In this document: piece after piece, positions 36,916 to 45,756 of the stretch
Position numbering within the stretch: position 1 is the first letter of the stretch
Layout of the letters: every line of letters starts with the position of its first letter
DNA from: an uncultured Rhodobacteraceae bacterium
GTDB lineage: Bacteria; Pseudomonadota; Alphaproteobacteria; Rhodobacterales; Rhodobacteraceae
Assembly: GCA_947488605.1 (NCBI GenBank)
Contig: CANKZJ010000006.1
Location: forward strand, 7,822-71,821
Length of the DNA: 64,000 nucleotides
Direction: 5' to 3'
The notes under the pieces: model-generated
Databases searched by the model: none
Told to the model about the DNA's origin: nothing
The model's input: only the letters and a program-made list of their open reading frames with translations
Position numbers and translations under genes: made by a program

Positions 36916-39381
36916 ATGGCGCTCATTTTTCGCTGGCTTGTCCGGCTTGCCTCTGCATTGATTTTCTTATGCGTCGCGGTCATCGCGCTGGCCTATTACT
37001 TTGCGTCACGGTCATTGCCTGACTATAGCGCCGAGCGCGATGTGGCTGGCATTTCCGCCCCGGTCGAGATTGTGCGCGACAACGCAAATGTGCCGCATAT
37101 CTTTGGGCAGACAAATGACGATGTCTATTTCGCGCTCGGCTATGCCCATGCGCAGGATCGTTTGTGGCAGATGACGATGCTGCGGCGCACAGCACAAGGA
37201 CGGCTGTCAGAGCTGTTCGGTGAGCGCACAGTCGGTATCGACGAAGTTCTGCGTCGCTTTGACCTCTATACGCTGTCCGTGGCGTCGGTGAATGCGCAGA
37301 CGGACGAAACAAAAGCCTATCTTCGGGCCTATTCCAACGGCGTGAACGCATGGCTGGCAGAGGTCAACAAAGGCGCGTTGGGTCGCGGTGCGCCAGAAAT
37401 GTGGTTGTTCAATCATGCCGTTGCCCCTTGGCAACCCGCCGATTCTATTGCGGTGCTTAAGCTGATGGCGCTTGATTTGACATCAAATCTTGAAACCGAA
37501 GTGCTGCGCGCGCGCACCTCGCTCTTGCTCGATAATGACCGTCTGAGTGACATTCTGCCCGATGATCCCACCAGCGGCATCGCGGCCTTGCCTGAATATG
37601 CCAGCCTAATACCCGGCGTTGCACCCTACACCCCAAACATGCGCCTCGCTTATGATCCGCTGTCACCGATCAAACCAGCGCCGCTCGCAGGTGCCTCGAA
37701 CGCTTGGGCTGCAAGCGCATCGCGCTCTACCACCGGGTCCACCTTACTGGCGAATGATCCGCATCTGGGGCTCACCGCCCCGTCGATCTGGTATCTGGCC
37801 CGGCTAGAACTTGAAACCGGCGGCATCATCGGCGGCACAATCCCCGGAATGCCGCTGGTCCTCAGCGGGCGCAGCGATGCGTTGGGGTGGGGTCTGACCA
37901 CTGCGATGGTCGACGACCAAGACGTGATGGTCGAAGAGGTGAACCCCGATAACCCTGACGAGTACCGCAGCCCAAATGGCTGGGTGCCGTTCCGCACGCG
38001 CGACAGCATTATCAACGTAAAGGATGGCTCGGCCATTACCCTGCGCCTGCGCTGGACGGCGAATGGGCCCGTGATGCCGCGCGACAAATATGACCTCGGC
38101 ACGATCACCCCGCCAGGGCATGTCACAGCGATTTCGTGGACGGCGCTGTCAGACCGCGACACAACAATGTCGGCCGCGTTTGAGATCAACCAGTCCCGCA
38201 CCGTCGAAGAAGCCATCACTGCAGGCGAAGATTTTATCGCGCCGGCCCAAAACCTGACCCTTGCAGACCGCAACCGCATCGTGATGAAAACCGTGGGCGC
38301 AATTCCTGCACGCGACATCAATAGCACAAGCCAAGGCCGCCTGCCCGCTTATGGCTATCTGCCGGAAAACCGCTGGCAAGGGCGCTTTCCTTATGCTGAC
38401 AATCCAGAATTCCTCGACCCACCGGGTGGCATACTTGGCAATACTAACAACAAGACCGTCGATCGGCCTTTCCCCCGCCACGTCACGCATAAATGGGGTG
38501 ACACCCAGCGGATCAACCGGTGGCGTCTTTTGATGCAAGCCCGCGAGGTTCACACCCGCGACAGCTTTATCGAAGCGCAGCTTGATACCGTCAGCTTTAC
38601 CGCACGGACGCTTTCGACGCTCATGGGTGCCGATCTTTGGTTCACTGGTGACACCGCCCCCGAAGGCACGCCAGAACGTCGCCGCCAGATCGCGCTCGAC
38701 CTGTTGTCCGCCTGGAACGGCGAAATGAACGAGCACCTACCCGAACCACTGATCTATTCGGCGTGGATCCGCGCGTTTCAACAACGGCTGATCCGGGACG
38801 AATTGGGGCCGCTGGCCGCTGAATTCACTCATGTGGAGCCGGTCTTCATTGAGCGTGTCTTTCGCGACATCGACGGTGCGAGTGTCTGGTGCGACGTCAT
38901 ACAATCAGCCCCGGTCGAAACCTGTACTGATATCGCGCGGCAATCGCTGGATGATGCTTTGGTGTGGATCGCCGAAAACCATGGCGAAGCCGTCGAGGCC
39001 GTCCGCTGGGGCGATGCCCATGTGGCGACCCACGACCACCCTGTCCTTGGCAGCACTCCGATCCTTGAATGGGTCGTGAACATCCGGCAATCGACAAGCG
39101 GCGGTGATCACACGCTGCAAAGGGCAAAAACATCCGGAGAAGACCCACATCCGTTCCACAACGTGCACGCTGGGGCCTACCGCGGCGTTTATGACTTTGC
39201 CGATCCAGACAGTTCTGTGTTCATCACATCAACAGGCCAGTCCGGGCATCCGCTGTCGCGACACTATGACAATCTGGGCGAGCTGTGGCGGAGGGGTGAG
39301 TATATCCCAATGTCGCTTGATCCTGATTTGGCGCGCGCAGCAGCAGTGGGCGTAACGGTGTTGCGACCCGAGGGAAATTAA
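36916..39381 (+). CDS. penicillin acylase family protein (Ntn hydrolase; possible acyl-homoserine-lactone or other N-acyl amidase)
   Basis: N-terminal membrane/signal segment. The conserved GYAHAQDRLWQM motif is present, along with an autoprocessing site ..AGASNAWAAS.. that includes the nucleophile Ser. Length 821 aa. Confidence 0.88.
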   Translation: MALIFRWLVRLASALIFLCVAVIALAYYFASRSLPDYSAERDVAGISAPVEIVRDNANVPHIFGQTNDDVYFALGYAHAQDRLWQMTMLRRTAQGRLSELFGERTVGIDEVLRRFDLYTLSVASVNAQTDETKAYLRAYSNGVNAWLAEVNKGALGRGAPEMWLFNHAVAPWQPADSIAVLKLMALDLTSNLETEVLRARTSLLLDNDRLSDILPDDPTSGIAALPEYASLIPGVAPYTPNMRLAYDPLSPIKPAPLAGASNAWAASASRSTTGSTLLANDPHLGLTAPSIWYLARLELETGGIIGGTIPGMPLVLSGRSDALGWGLTTAMVDDQDVMVEEVNPDNPDEYRSPNGWVPFRTRDSIINVKDGSAITLRLRWTANGPVMPRDKYDLGTITPPGHVTAISWTALSDRDTTMSAAFEINQSRTVEEAITAGEDFIAPAQNLTLADRNRIVMKTVGAIPARDINSTSQGRLPAYGYLPENRWQGRFPYADNPEFLDPPGGILGNTNNKTVDRPFPRHVTHKWGDTQRINRWRLLMQAREVHTRDSFIEAQLDTVSFTARTLSTLMGADLWFTGDTAPEGTPERRRQIALDLLSAWNGEMNEHLPEPLIYSAWIRAFQQRLIRDELGPLAAEFTHVEPVFIERVFRDIDGASVWCDVIQSAPVETCTDIARQSLDDALVWIAENHGEAVEAVRWGDAHVATHDHPVLGSTPILEWVVNIRQSTSGGDHTLQRAKTSGEDPHPFHNVHAGAYRGVYDFADPDSSVFITSTGQSGHPLSRHYDNLGELWRRGEYIPMSLDPDLARAAAVGVTVLRPEGN

Positions 39382-40016
39382 CCCGCCTTCTTCTTGCGCA
39401 TCTCATTGTAATCGAACTGTTCCCAAACGTGCATGCGCCCCTTCTGGCGCGCATCGGCCAACCACATCTTTTTGCGGGCATCAGGCACTTCCATGGCGCG
39501 GTAAATACCACGCGAAAACTTTGGCCAATCAATTGCGAGGCCCAGCTTTACCATCTCGGCTGACAAATCTCGCCCATCAGGAAGATAACAACGCGCAACT
39601 GTACGGCCGTACGCGTCTTTTTCAGAGATAACCGCACGCACGGTTTGACCTTTGCACAAAGAGACCAGCGCCCATTTCGCCTTCTTACCATAAGGATGGT
39701 TCATCTCTGGCGCATCGACACCAAACAAGCGCACCTGCGTCTTGCGAATGACAATGGAATCACCATCGATCACGTAAGCGGGTCCGGAAATCTCCTCCCT
39801 TGTCGTTAAAGGTGTCGCAGTCTTATGTTCAAACGGTCGCGGTGGTGACGGTAGACTGCGCCTTTTATTTTGCGAACGTGACCTTTGTACCGGCCTCGTT
39901 TTGGGCGCTACTTTCCGCCCCCTATAAGGAACAAATGCACGACGCACACGTCGAACCTTCTTTTTCAGGCTCAACGCGTAGAAGACAACGGCGCCAATGA
40001 TCAAAAGAATTTCCAA
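39378..40016 (-). CDS. thermonuclease (SNase-like) family protein with an N-terminal hydrophobic anchor and a polybasic linker
   Basis: SNase motifs YVIDGDSIVI..VRLFGVDAPE..YGRTVARCYL.. are present. The N-terminus is EILLIIGAVVFYAL followed by KKKVRRVRR..RSRSQNKRR. There is no in-frame ATG near the 5' end (TTG start assumed), so the start is uncertain. Confidence 0.75.
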   Translation of the reverse strand: MEILLIIGAVVFYALSLKKKVRRVRRAFVPYRGRKVAPKTRPVQRSRSQNKRRSLPSPPRPFEHKTATPLTTREEISGPAYVIDGDSIVIRKTQVRLFGVDAPEMNHPYGKKAKWALVSLCKGQTVRAVISEKDAYGRTVARCYLPDGRDLSAEMVKLGLAIDWPKFSRGIYRAMEVPDARKKMWLADARQKGRMHVWEQFDYNEMRKKKAG

Positions 40017-40136
40017 AGCAAATTAGCCTGCGCAAGATACGAAGACACAACCTTAGAAAATACGTTGCAGAAATGCACACGCTTTAGCTGAAATTGGTAT
40101 TTGAGGGAAACAATGCGGTTAAGATCAATTGAATGT

Positions 40137-41156
40137 TTATGGATGTGTCGCGTTATACAGCAAACTGTCTAATTCGCCGTTTATCTCATTTTCCCAAGCA
40201 TCATTCGCGTAGTTCGTCATTACAGCGTATCCGTTGTCATAAAGCGCCACATATGCGCCAAATGAATCGGCAACCCGTCCACGAACCCCTGTCCATGATC
40301 CCAAATGCCAACTGGTGAAGCTGCCATTACTGGGGCGAAAGATCATTCCAGCGCTATAGCCCCGACCGCGCCCAAGATCGGACGCAGGCAAAGAAAATCC
40401 TGCCGGACGCAGCGGGTTATTTTCGCCGGTAAAGGTCTGCTCAGCAAATGCCAGATAATCGCGCGCAGATATCTCCCAACCACCCCAAGACGTCATCACA
40501 CGCCAGTCCGGGTTCAATTGCGCGGACGTGACACCAGTCGGAACCAAAACCTCCCGTCGGCAATAGGCCTCGTAGTTTTCTTCAGCCAGTTCTTCGATTA
40601 CCAAACCCAGCACAAGATAGTTGGCGTTTGAATAGCGATACGGTGCCCAAGCAGGTGTGCCGGAAAGGTTCTCATTTGCGATCTTGGAAAACTGCCAAAG
40701 CTTATTTTCAACTTTGAATGTCCGCAATTTTGACAACTCATTGCGATGATAATCCGTGTCGATCCCGCTAGCATGGGTGATCAACTGCGCCACCGTGATT
40801 TCAGCGAAGCGGTTATCGCGAGGTGCATGTTCGGCCAGAGCCGCAGGAATAGCTTCGGACAATGGGGTTTGCACATCTTTGCCGGCCTGATCTAACGCTC
40901 GCAATGCGCAAACGGCCGTTATGGCTTTTGACAGACTTGCGATTTTTGCGGGGTCATCGACGCTGCGGGCAATGCCGCCCTCGCCGATAACTGTGCCGTT
41001 GTGGGATACGATGATTGAACCTGCCGGGATCGCATGCTTTGCCATCCAGTCTTCCCAGTCGGAAATCAGTGTGTCCGCCACGCCTAAGGGATCATTTGCT
41101 TGAGCCGGAAATGCAGCTGCGAACAAAAACGAGGAAAGCAGAATACGCACAATCAT
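40137..41156 (-). CDS. serine hydrolase, beta-lactamase/esterase family (class C-like)
   Basis: SxxK motif (SLSKAITAV) and a YxN-like motif (YSNANY). The signal peptide MIVRILLSSFLFAAAFPAQA starts at ATG 41156, which is preceded by GGGGG; the track ORF starts at 41207. Confidence 0.8.
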   Translation of the reverse strand: MIVRILLSSFLFAAAFPAQANDPLGVADTLISDWEDWMAKHAIPAGSIIVSHNGTVIGEGGIARSVDDPAKIASLSKAITAVCALRALDQAGKDVQTPLSEAIPAALAEHAPRDNRFAEITVAQLITHASGIDTDYHRNELSKLRTFKVENKLWQFSKIANENLSGTPAWAPYRYSNANYLVLGLVIEELAEENYEAYCRREVLVPTGVTSAQLNPDWRVMTSWGGWEISARDYLAFAEQTFTGENNPLRPAGFSLPASDLGRGRGYSAGMIFRPSNGSFTSWHLGSWTGVRGRVADSFGAYVALYDNGYAVMTNYANDAWENEINGELDSLLYNATHP

Positions 41157-41230
41157 AACAAAGACCCCCATCAATGCGGTCAAGTCTAGAATGCGCAGAG
41201 ACTTCAAATCAAGTCAGGGCCGCATAGGGA

Positions 41231-42505
41231 TTAAAGGCGGACGAACCGTTCTTTTTGCAGTTCAGTCCAAAAAACGTTCAAGTCATAGCCTGTTTCGGTC
41301 TGAACTTCCGATGTCACAATGCCTGCCTCAAACAACCACGCGCGTTTACGTCCTTCGCTGAATGCCAGTGTCAGCGTCTCTTCGCTACGCGGGTCTTTCA
41401 GCTTATCGGGGATAGCTGCCAAAAGCCGCTCCATCCCTTCACCCGTGATCGCAGAAACCGCAAAAAGATCGTCGGTCCGTGCCGCTTGCGTCAGGATGGC
41501 ATCGCGCGCGTCACCTTCCAAAAGATCGGTTTTATTCCAAACCTCGATAATTGGCGCCTCTTCTGCAACGCCCAGGCTGGTCAGGATCGCATGCACGTCT
41601 TGTGCCTGTTCCTCGGTCTGCTCGTGACTGATGTCGCGCACATGCAGGATAAGATCCGCGTCGAGCACTTCTTCCAAGGTCGCGCGGAACGCCGCCACCA
41701 GTTCAGTGGGCAAATCGCTGATAAAACCCACCGTGTCGGACATGATCACTTCGTCTCCGGTCGGCAGCACAATCTTGCGCATCGTCGGGTCAAGTGTTGC
41801 GAACAGCATGTCTTTGGCAAACACCTGTGCACCCGTTAGCCGGTTGAAAAGCGTGGATTTGCCTGCGTTGGTGTATCCTACCAATGCAACAATCGGGAAT
41901 GGCACCTTGGCGCGCGCGGCGCGGTGTAATTCGCGTGTTTTGACGACCTTGGCCAATTGCTTGCGCAAGCGGTTCAGTTGATCGTCAATCGCGCGGCGGT
42001 CCGCCTCGATCTGTGTCTCGCCGGGACCGCCGACAAAACCCAAACCGCCACGCTGGCGTTCAAGGTGGGTCCAAGCGCGCACCAGCCGCGTGCGCTGATA
42101 GGAAAGTGCCGCCATCTCGACCTGCAACACACCCTCGGATGTGCGCGCGCGGTCACTGAAAATTTCGAGGATCAATCCGGTTCGGTCGAGGAGTTTGACA
42201 CCCCACTCCTTCTCCAGATTGCGCTGCTGAACAGGTGTGACGGAACCATCGATCAAGACAAGCTCGATCTCTTCATCGTGGAACATCGTTTTCAGTTCGG
42301 CGATCTTGCCTTTACCAAACAGCTTACCTGGATGAATACGCGGCAAACGCACGACATTCCCACCGACGACGTCCAAGTCAGGCAAAGCGGCGGCCAAGGC
42401 CAATCCCTCTTGCAGCGCAGGTTCAGCCGCACGGCGTGTCTGGTCAGATTTCAGATCAGGGTGCAGTACCCAAGCCCGCGTAATGGGGCGATCGTGTTCG
42501 AGCAA
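41231..42505 (-). CDS. hflX: GTPase HflX
   Basis: G1 motif GYTNAGKST and G3 motif DTVGF, with an HflX N-terminal domain. It lies directly downstream of hfq. Confidence 0.93.
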   Translation of the reverse strand: MLEHDRPITRAWVLHPDLKSDQTRRAAEPALQEGLALAAALPDLDVVGGNVVRLPRIHPGKLFGKGKIAELKTMFHDEEIELVLIDGSVTPVQQRNLEKEWGVKLLDRTGLILEIFSDRARTSEGVLQVEMAALSYQRTRLVRAWTHLERQRGGLGFVGGPGETQIEADRRAIDDQLNRLRKQLAKVVKTRELHRAARAKVPFPIVALVGYTNAGKSTLFNRLTGAQVFAKDMLFATLDPTMRKIVLPTGDEVIMSDTVGFISDLPTELVAAFRATLEEVLDADLILHVRDISHEQTEEQAQDVHAILTSLGVAEEAPIIEVWNKTDLLEGDARDAILTQAARTDDLFAVSAITGEGMERLLAAIPDKLKDPRSEETLTLAFSEGRKRAWLFEAGIVTSEVQTETGYDLNVFWTELQKERFVRL

Positions 42506-42507
42506 TG

Positions 42508-42741
42508 CTACTCTTCACCTTCATATAGGCTGATTGGCTGTGCTGGCATAATCGTGGAAATAGCGCTTTTATAGACAAGCTGCGATTGGCCATCACGGCG
42601 CAACAGCACACAAAAGCTGTCAAACCACGTGATCACGCCCTGAAGCTTCACGCCATTCACCAAGAAAATTGTCACTGGAACTTTCGTTTTCCGAACATGA
42701 TTCAGAAACGCATCTTGCAAATTTGCTTTATCGGCAGCCAT
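42508..42741 (-). CDS. hfq: RNA chaperone Hfq
   Basis: Sm1/Sm2 motifs: [51 protein letters not shown]. Confidence 0.95.
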   Translation of the reverse strand: MAADKANLQDAFLNHVRKTKVPVTIFLVNGVKLQGVITWFDSFCVLLRRDGQSQLVYKSAISTIMPAQPISLYEGEE

Positions 42742-42859
42742 TGCGACACCCTTTTGTTTTTTTTCTTACGGCCGCGCAACGGCCCCCCTGGTATTTGGAA
42801 ACAGTATGTATTGAGCAAAGCGGACTTTCCACCCCCAAAACACAATTTAAAAGAGGTGC

Positions 42860-44380
42860 TTAGCGCTGCCAGATTTCGGGATTAAACAGCGCAATAATCG
42901 CCAATGTTTCAAGCCGCCCCAGAACCATCGCAAATGCGATTATGATTTTGGCCGCATCGGGAATACCCGCGTAAGAAATCGGTGTCTCGGCTGCGACGGC
43001 GGCCAGTGGCCCGGTTGTGGAAAGTGCCGAAACCGCCAACACCATTGAGGTCTCAAATTGGACCCCCGTTAATGAAAGCATTAACATCACGCCCGCAATA
43101 CTGAGCGCAAAAAGCATAAAAAACACCCATGAAATATACGCCCCTTGCTTGCGGATCCGGCGCGCATCGCGGCCCCCGCCACCAATGGACGACGGGTGCA
43201 ATAGCCGGTCCTGCTCTCGCTCTCCATGACGGTAAAGCGCATAAATCCGCAAGAGTTTGACGCCACCTGCTGTCGTCGCAACGCCACCTCCGATCAAGGC
43301 CATCCCGATCAAAAATAGCCCCGGTGTGCTAAGCCCCGACCATGTTGTCGCCCCATCCCAATAGCGCGATTCAAACCCAGTGGTCGTCAAAAAGGACGTA
43401 ACAGTGAACAACGCCCCCCAAAGAGCTGACGCAATTTCTTGTATGTTGGCAGGTTCCATGCCGTCAGCCGCACCAATGAAATGCCGCAGGAATAGCAGCA
43501 TCGTCACAGTCCCGATCAGAACAAGGGCCGTAATAAACTCGGGGTCGCGGCGCAGGCCCTGATCCCGCTCTCCGATCATGCCGCGGCTAAACGTCAATCG
43601 TGACAACGCGAAAACGAAGAAACACAAAATAAGAAGTTCACCCCAAAATTGGGATGAGGCCAGATATAAGCCACCAATAGGCGAAATGCCCGACGTTGAG
43701 AGCGTCGACATCGCGTGAATGAGGGCGATGTAGGGGAACTCACCAGCAATCACGAGGCCGATCCACAGTACCGCAGTCAGGCCCACATAGATCGGGGTCA
43801 GCGTTAGCGTATAGCGCACCAAACGCTCCGATGGGTCGGCGATCTTACCGATCTGCGTAAAGGAAAAACCGGCACCCTTGCCGGCATTGCCGGTCGAACG
43901 TACCTCGAAACCACCCAAATTCATCGGGGCAAAAATGGACACGGCAGTGACCCAAACCAACAATCCGCCCATCCACCCGACAAGTGCGCGCCAAAGATGC
44001 TGTGAAGGTGTGAGCCTACCTAAACTATCGTAGACCGTGGCCCCTGTCGTGGTGAAGCTGGAGACCATCTCGAACCAGGCATTCAAAAATGTTGTATCCC
44101 CAACGGCTTCGTAAAAAGGGACTGCGAACATCAGCGGCAAGGCACTAAAGGCCGCCAAAAGCCCTACAAGCTGGCTGCGCGACACACTGCGCGGTGCATA
44201 TCCTGCCGTCGCCAGTCCAATCATGATGGTCAGGATCGAAAACAGGATAAACCCGTAAAAGAAGACCCGCATGGTGGTAAAGTCTTCCAAGACCGCACCA
44301 TGAACCGCAGGCACAAGCATCGAAATGGCACCAAGACCCATCAGGATCACAAAGAACGGCAGGCGGACGATCCAACCCAT
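42860..44380 (-). CDS. trkH: Trk system potassium uptake protein TrkH
   Basis: A 506-aa polytopic protein with repeated TTTG/TSG selectivity-filter-like motifs. Its start overlaps the trkA stop by 1 nt. Confidence 0.88.
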   Translation of the reverse strand: MGWIVRLPFFVILMGLGAISMLVPAVHGAVLEDFTTMRVFFYGFILFSILTIMIGLATAGYAPRSVSRSQLVGLLAAFSALPLMFAVPFYEAVGDTTFLNAWFEMVSSFTTTGATVYDSLGRLTPSQHLWRALVGWMGGLLVWVTAVSIFAPMNLGGFEVRSTGNAGKGAGFSFTQIGKIADPSERLVRYTLTLTPIYVGLTAVLWIGLVIAGEFPYIALIHAMSTLSTSGISPIGGLYLASSQFWGELLILCFFVFALSRLTFSRGMIGERDQGLRRDPEFITALVLIGTVTMLLFLRHFIGAADGMEPANIQEIASALWGALFTVTSFLTTTGFESRYWDGATTWSGLSTPGLFLIGMALIGGGVATTAGGVKLLRIYALYRHGEREQDRLLHPSSIGGGGRDARRIRKQGAYISWVFFMLFALSIAGVMLMLSLTGVQFETSMVLAVSALSTTGPLAAVAAETPISYAGIPDAAKIIIAFAMVLGRLETLAIIALFNPEIWQR

Positions 44381-45756
44381 CAGAAGAAGTCGATTGAGAC
44401 CTGTAACAGGCGTTCGACTTCGGGGACATCATCGCTCATTGCAAAGATTGCAATGACGTCACCTTCCTCGATGCGGGTATCGCCCAATGGGCGCACGACC
44501 TTGCCTTGTTTCATGATGGCACCAATCAACGTGCCTTCCGGGAAATCAATGTCCTTGACCTTTTGTCCTGCGATCGGCGACGTGCTGAGGACTTGCGCCT
44601 CGATGACTTCTGCTTCGGCGTCGCCAATCGAATAAACACCGCGCACCCGGCCATGTCGGATATGACGCAGGATCGAACTGACTGTCGTGGCACGCGGGTT
44701 GATGTAGGCATCAATATCAAGCGGCCCCATGAGCGGCACCAAGGTCGGGTCATTGACCAATGAAATCGCCATCGGGCAGCCCATTTCTTTGGCGCGAACG
44801 GCAGCAAGCAGGTTTGTTTTATCGTCATCAGTGACGGCAAGGACGGCGTCCGCCGACGCGATGTTCGCTTCTTCCAACAAAGAACTATCCAAACCGTCAC
44901 CGTGCAACACGATCGTTCGGTCCAGTGCATCTGCCGCGCGTTCCGCACATTCGCGACGGTTTTCGATCATTTTCACACGGACGCGTTCGGTTCGTGCTTC
45001 AAGTGCCAGCGCCACACCCAAACCCACATTACCACCACCGATGATGACGATACGTTCTTGTTTTGCTTGTGTTTTTCCAAATATTTCCAACGTGCGCGTC
45101 ATATCTTCGGTTTCGGTAAAGATATAACACTCATCATCGGGGAAAATCTGATCGCCTGCGGACGGAACAAACAACGTGCCCTCGCGTCTGATCCCGACGA
45201 CCACTGCGCGCAAAGTCGAAAAGAGATCCGTCAATTGTCGCAACGGGGTGTTGATGACAGGGCAATCATCGTCAATCGTGATCCCCAACAGCTGTGCGCG
45301 ACCCTCTAAGAAGCTTTCCGTATCGAACGCGGCTGGCGCAGAAAGCCGCTGCAAGGCTGCCTCGGCCACTTCGCGTTCTGGCGAAATGACCACGTCAATC
45401 GGCAAATGGTTGCGCCGGTAGAGGTCCTGATACGCGGGATCAAGGTAATTTTGCGCCCGCAAACGCGCGATCTTGCGCTGTACCGAAAAAACCGAATGCG
45501 CCACCTGACACGTGACCATATTCACCTCGTCAGAATGTGTGGCCGCGATGATCATATCGGCATCTGACGCACCCGCACGGTCAAGCACATCGGGGTAGCT
45601 GGCAAAACCTGCAATCCCTTGCACATCAAGCGTATCAGTTGCGCGGCGCACCAGTTCAGGGTTGTTGTCAACGACCGTTACATCGTTGTTTTCACCCGAC
45701 AAATGGCGGGCAATTTGCCACCCGACCTGCCCTGCGCCACAGATGATGACTTTCAT
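44380..45756 (-). CDS. trkA: Trk system potassium uptake protein TrkA
   Basis: Two tandem Rossmann/RCK units (MKVIICGAGQVG.. and IVIIGGGNVG..). Confidence 0.92.
   Translation of the reverse strand: MKVIICGAGQVGWQIARHLSGENNDVTVVDNNPELVRRATDTLDVQGIAGFASYPDVLDRAGASDADMIIAATHSDEVNMVTCQVAHSVFSVQRKIARLRAQNYLDPAYQDLYRRNHLPIDVVISPEREVAEAALQRLSAPAAFDTESFLEGRAQLLGITIDDDCPVINTPLRQLTDLFSTLRAVVVGIRREGTLFVPSAGDQIFPDDECYIFTETEDMTRTLEIFGKTQAKQERIVIIGGGNVGLGVALALEARTERVRVKMIENRRECAERAADALDRTIVLHGDGLDSSLLEEANIASADAVLAVTDDDKTNLLAAVRAKEMGCPMAISLVNDPTLVPLMGPLDIDAYINPRATTVSSILRHIRHGRVRGVYSIGDAEAEVIEAQVLSTSPIAGQKVKDIDFPEGTLIGAIMKQGKVVRPLGDTRIEEGDVIAIFAMSDDVPEVERLLQVSIDFF

Noticed and set aside
37650-38327. 225-aa minus-strand ORF, and similar ORFs at 38149-38736 and 36980-37351
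   Set aside because: They are antisense to the penicillin-acylase-family gene and have no motifs.
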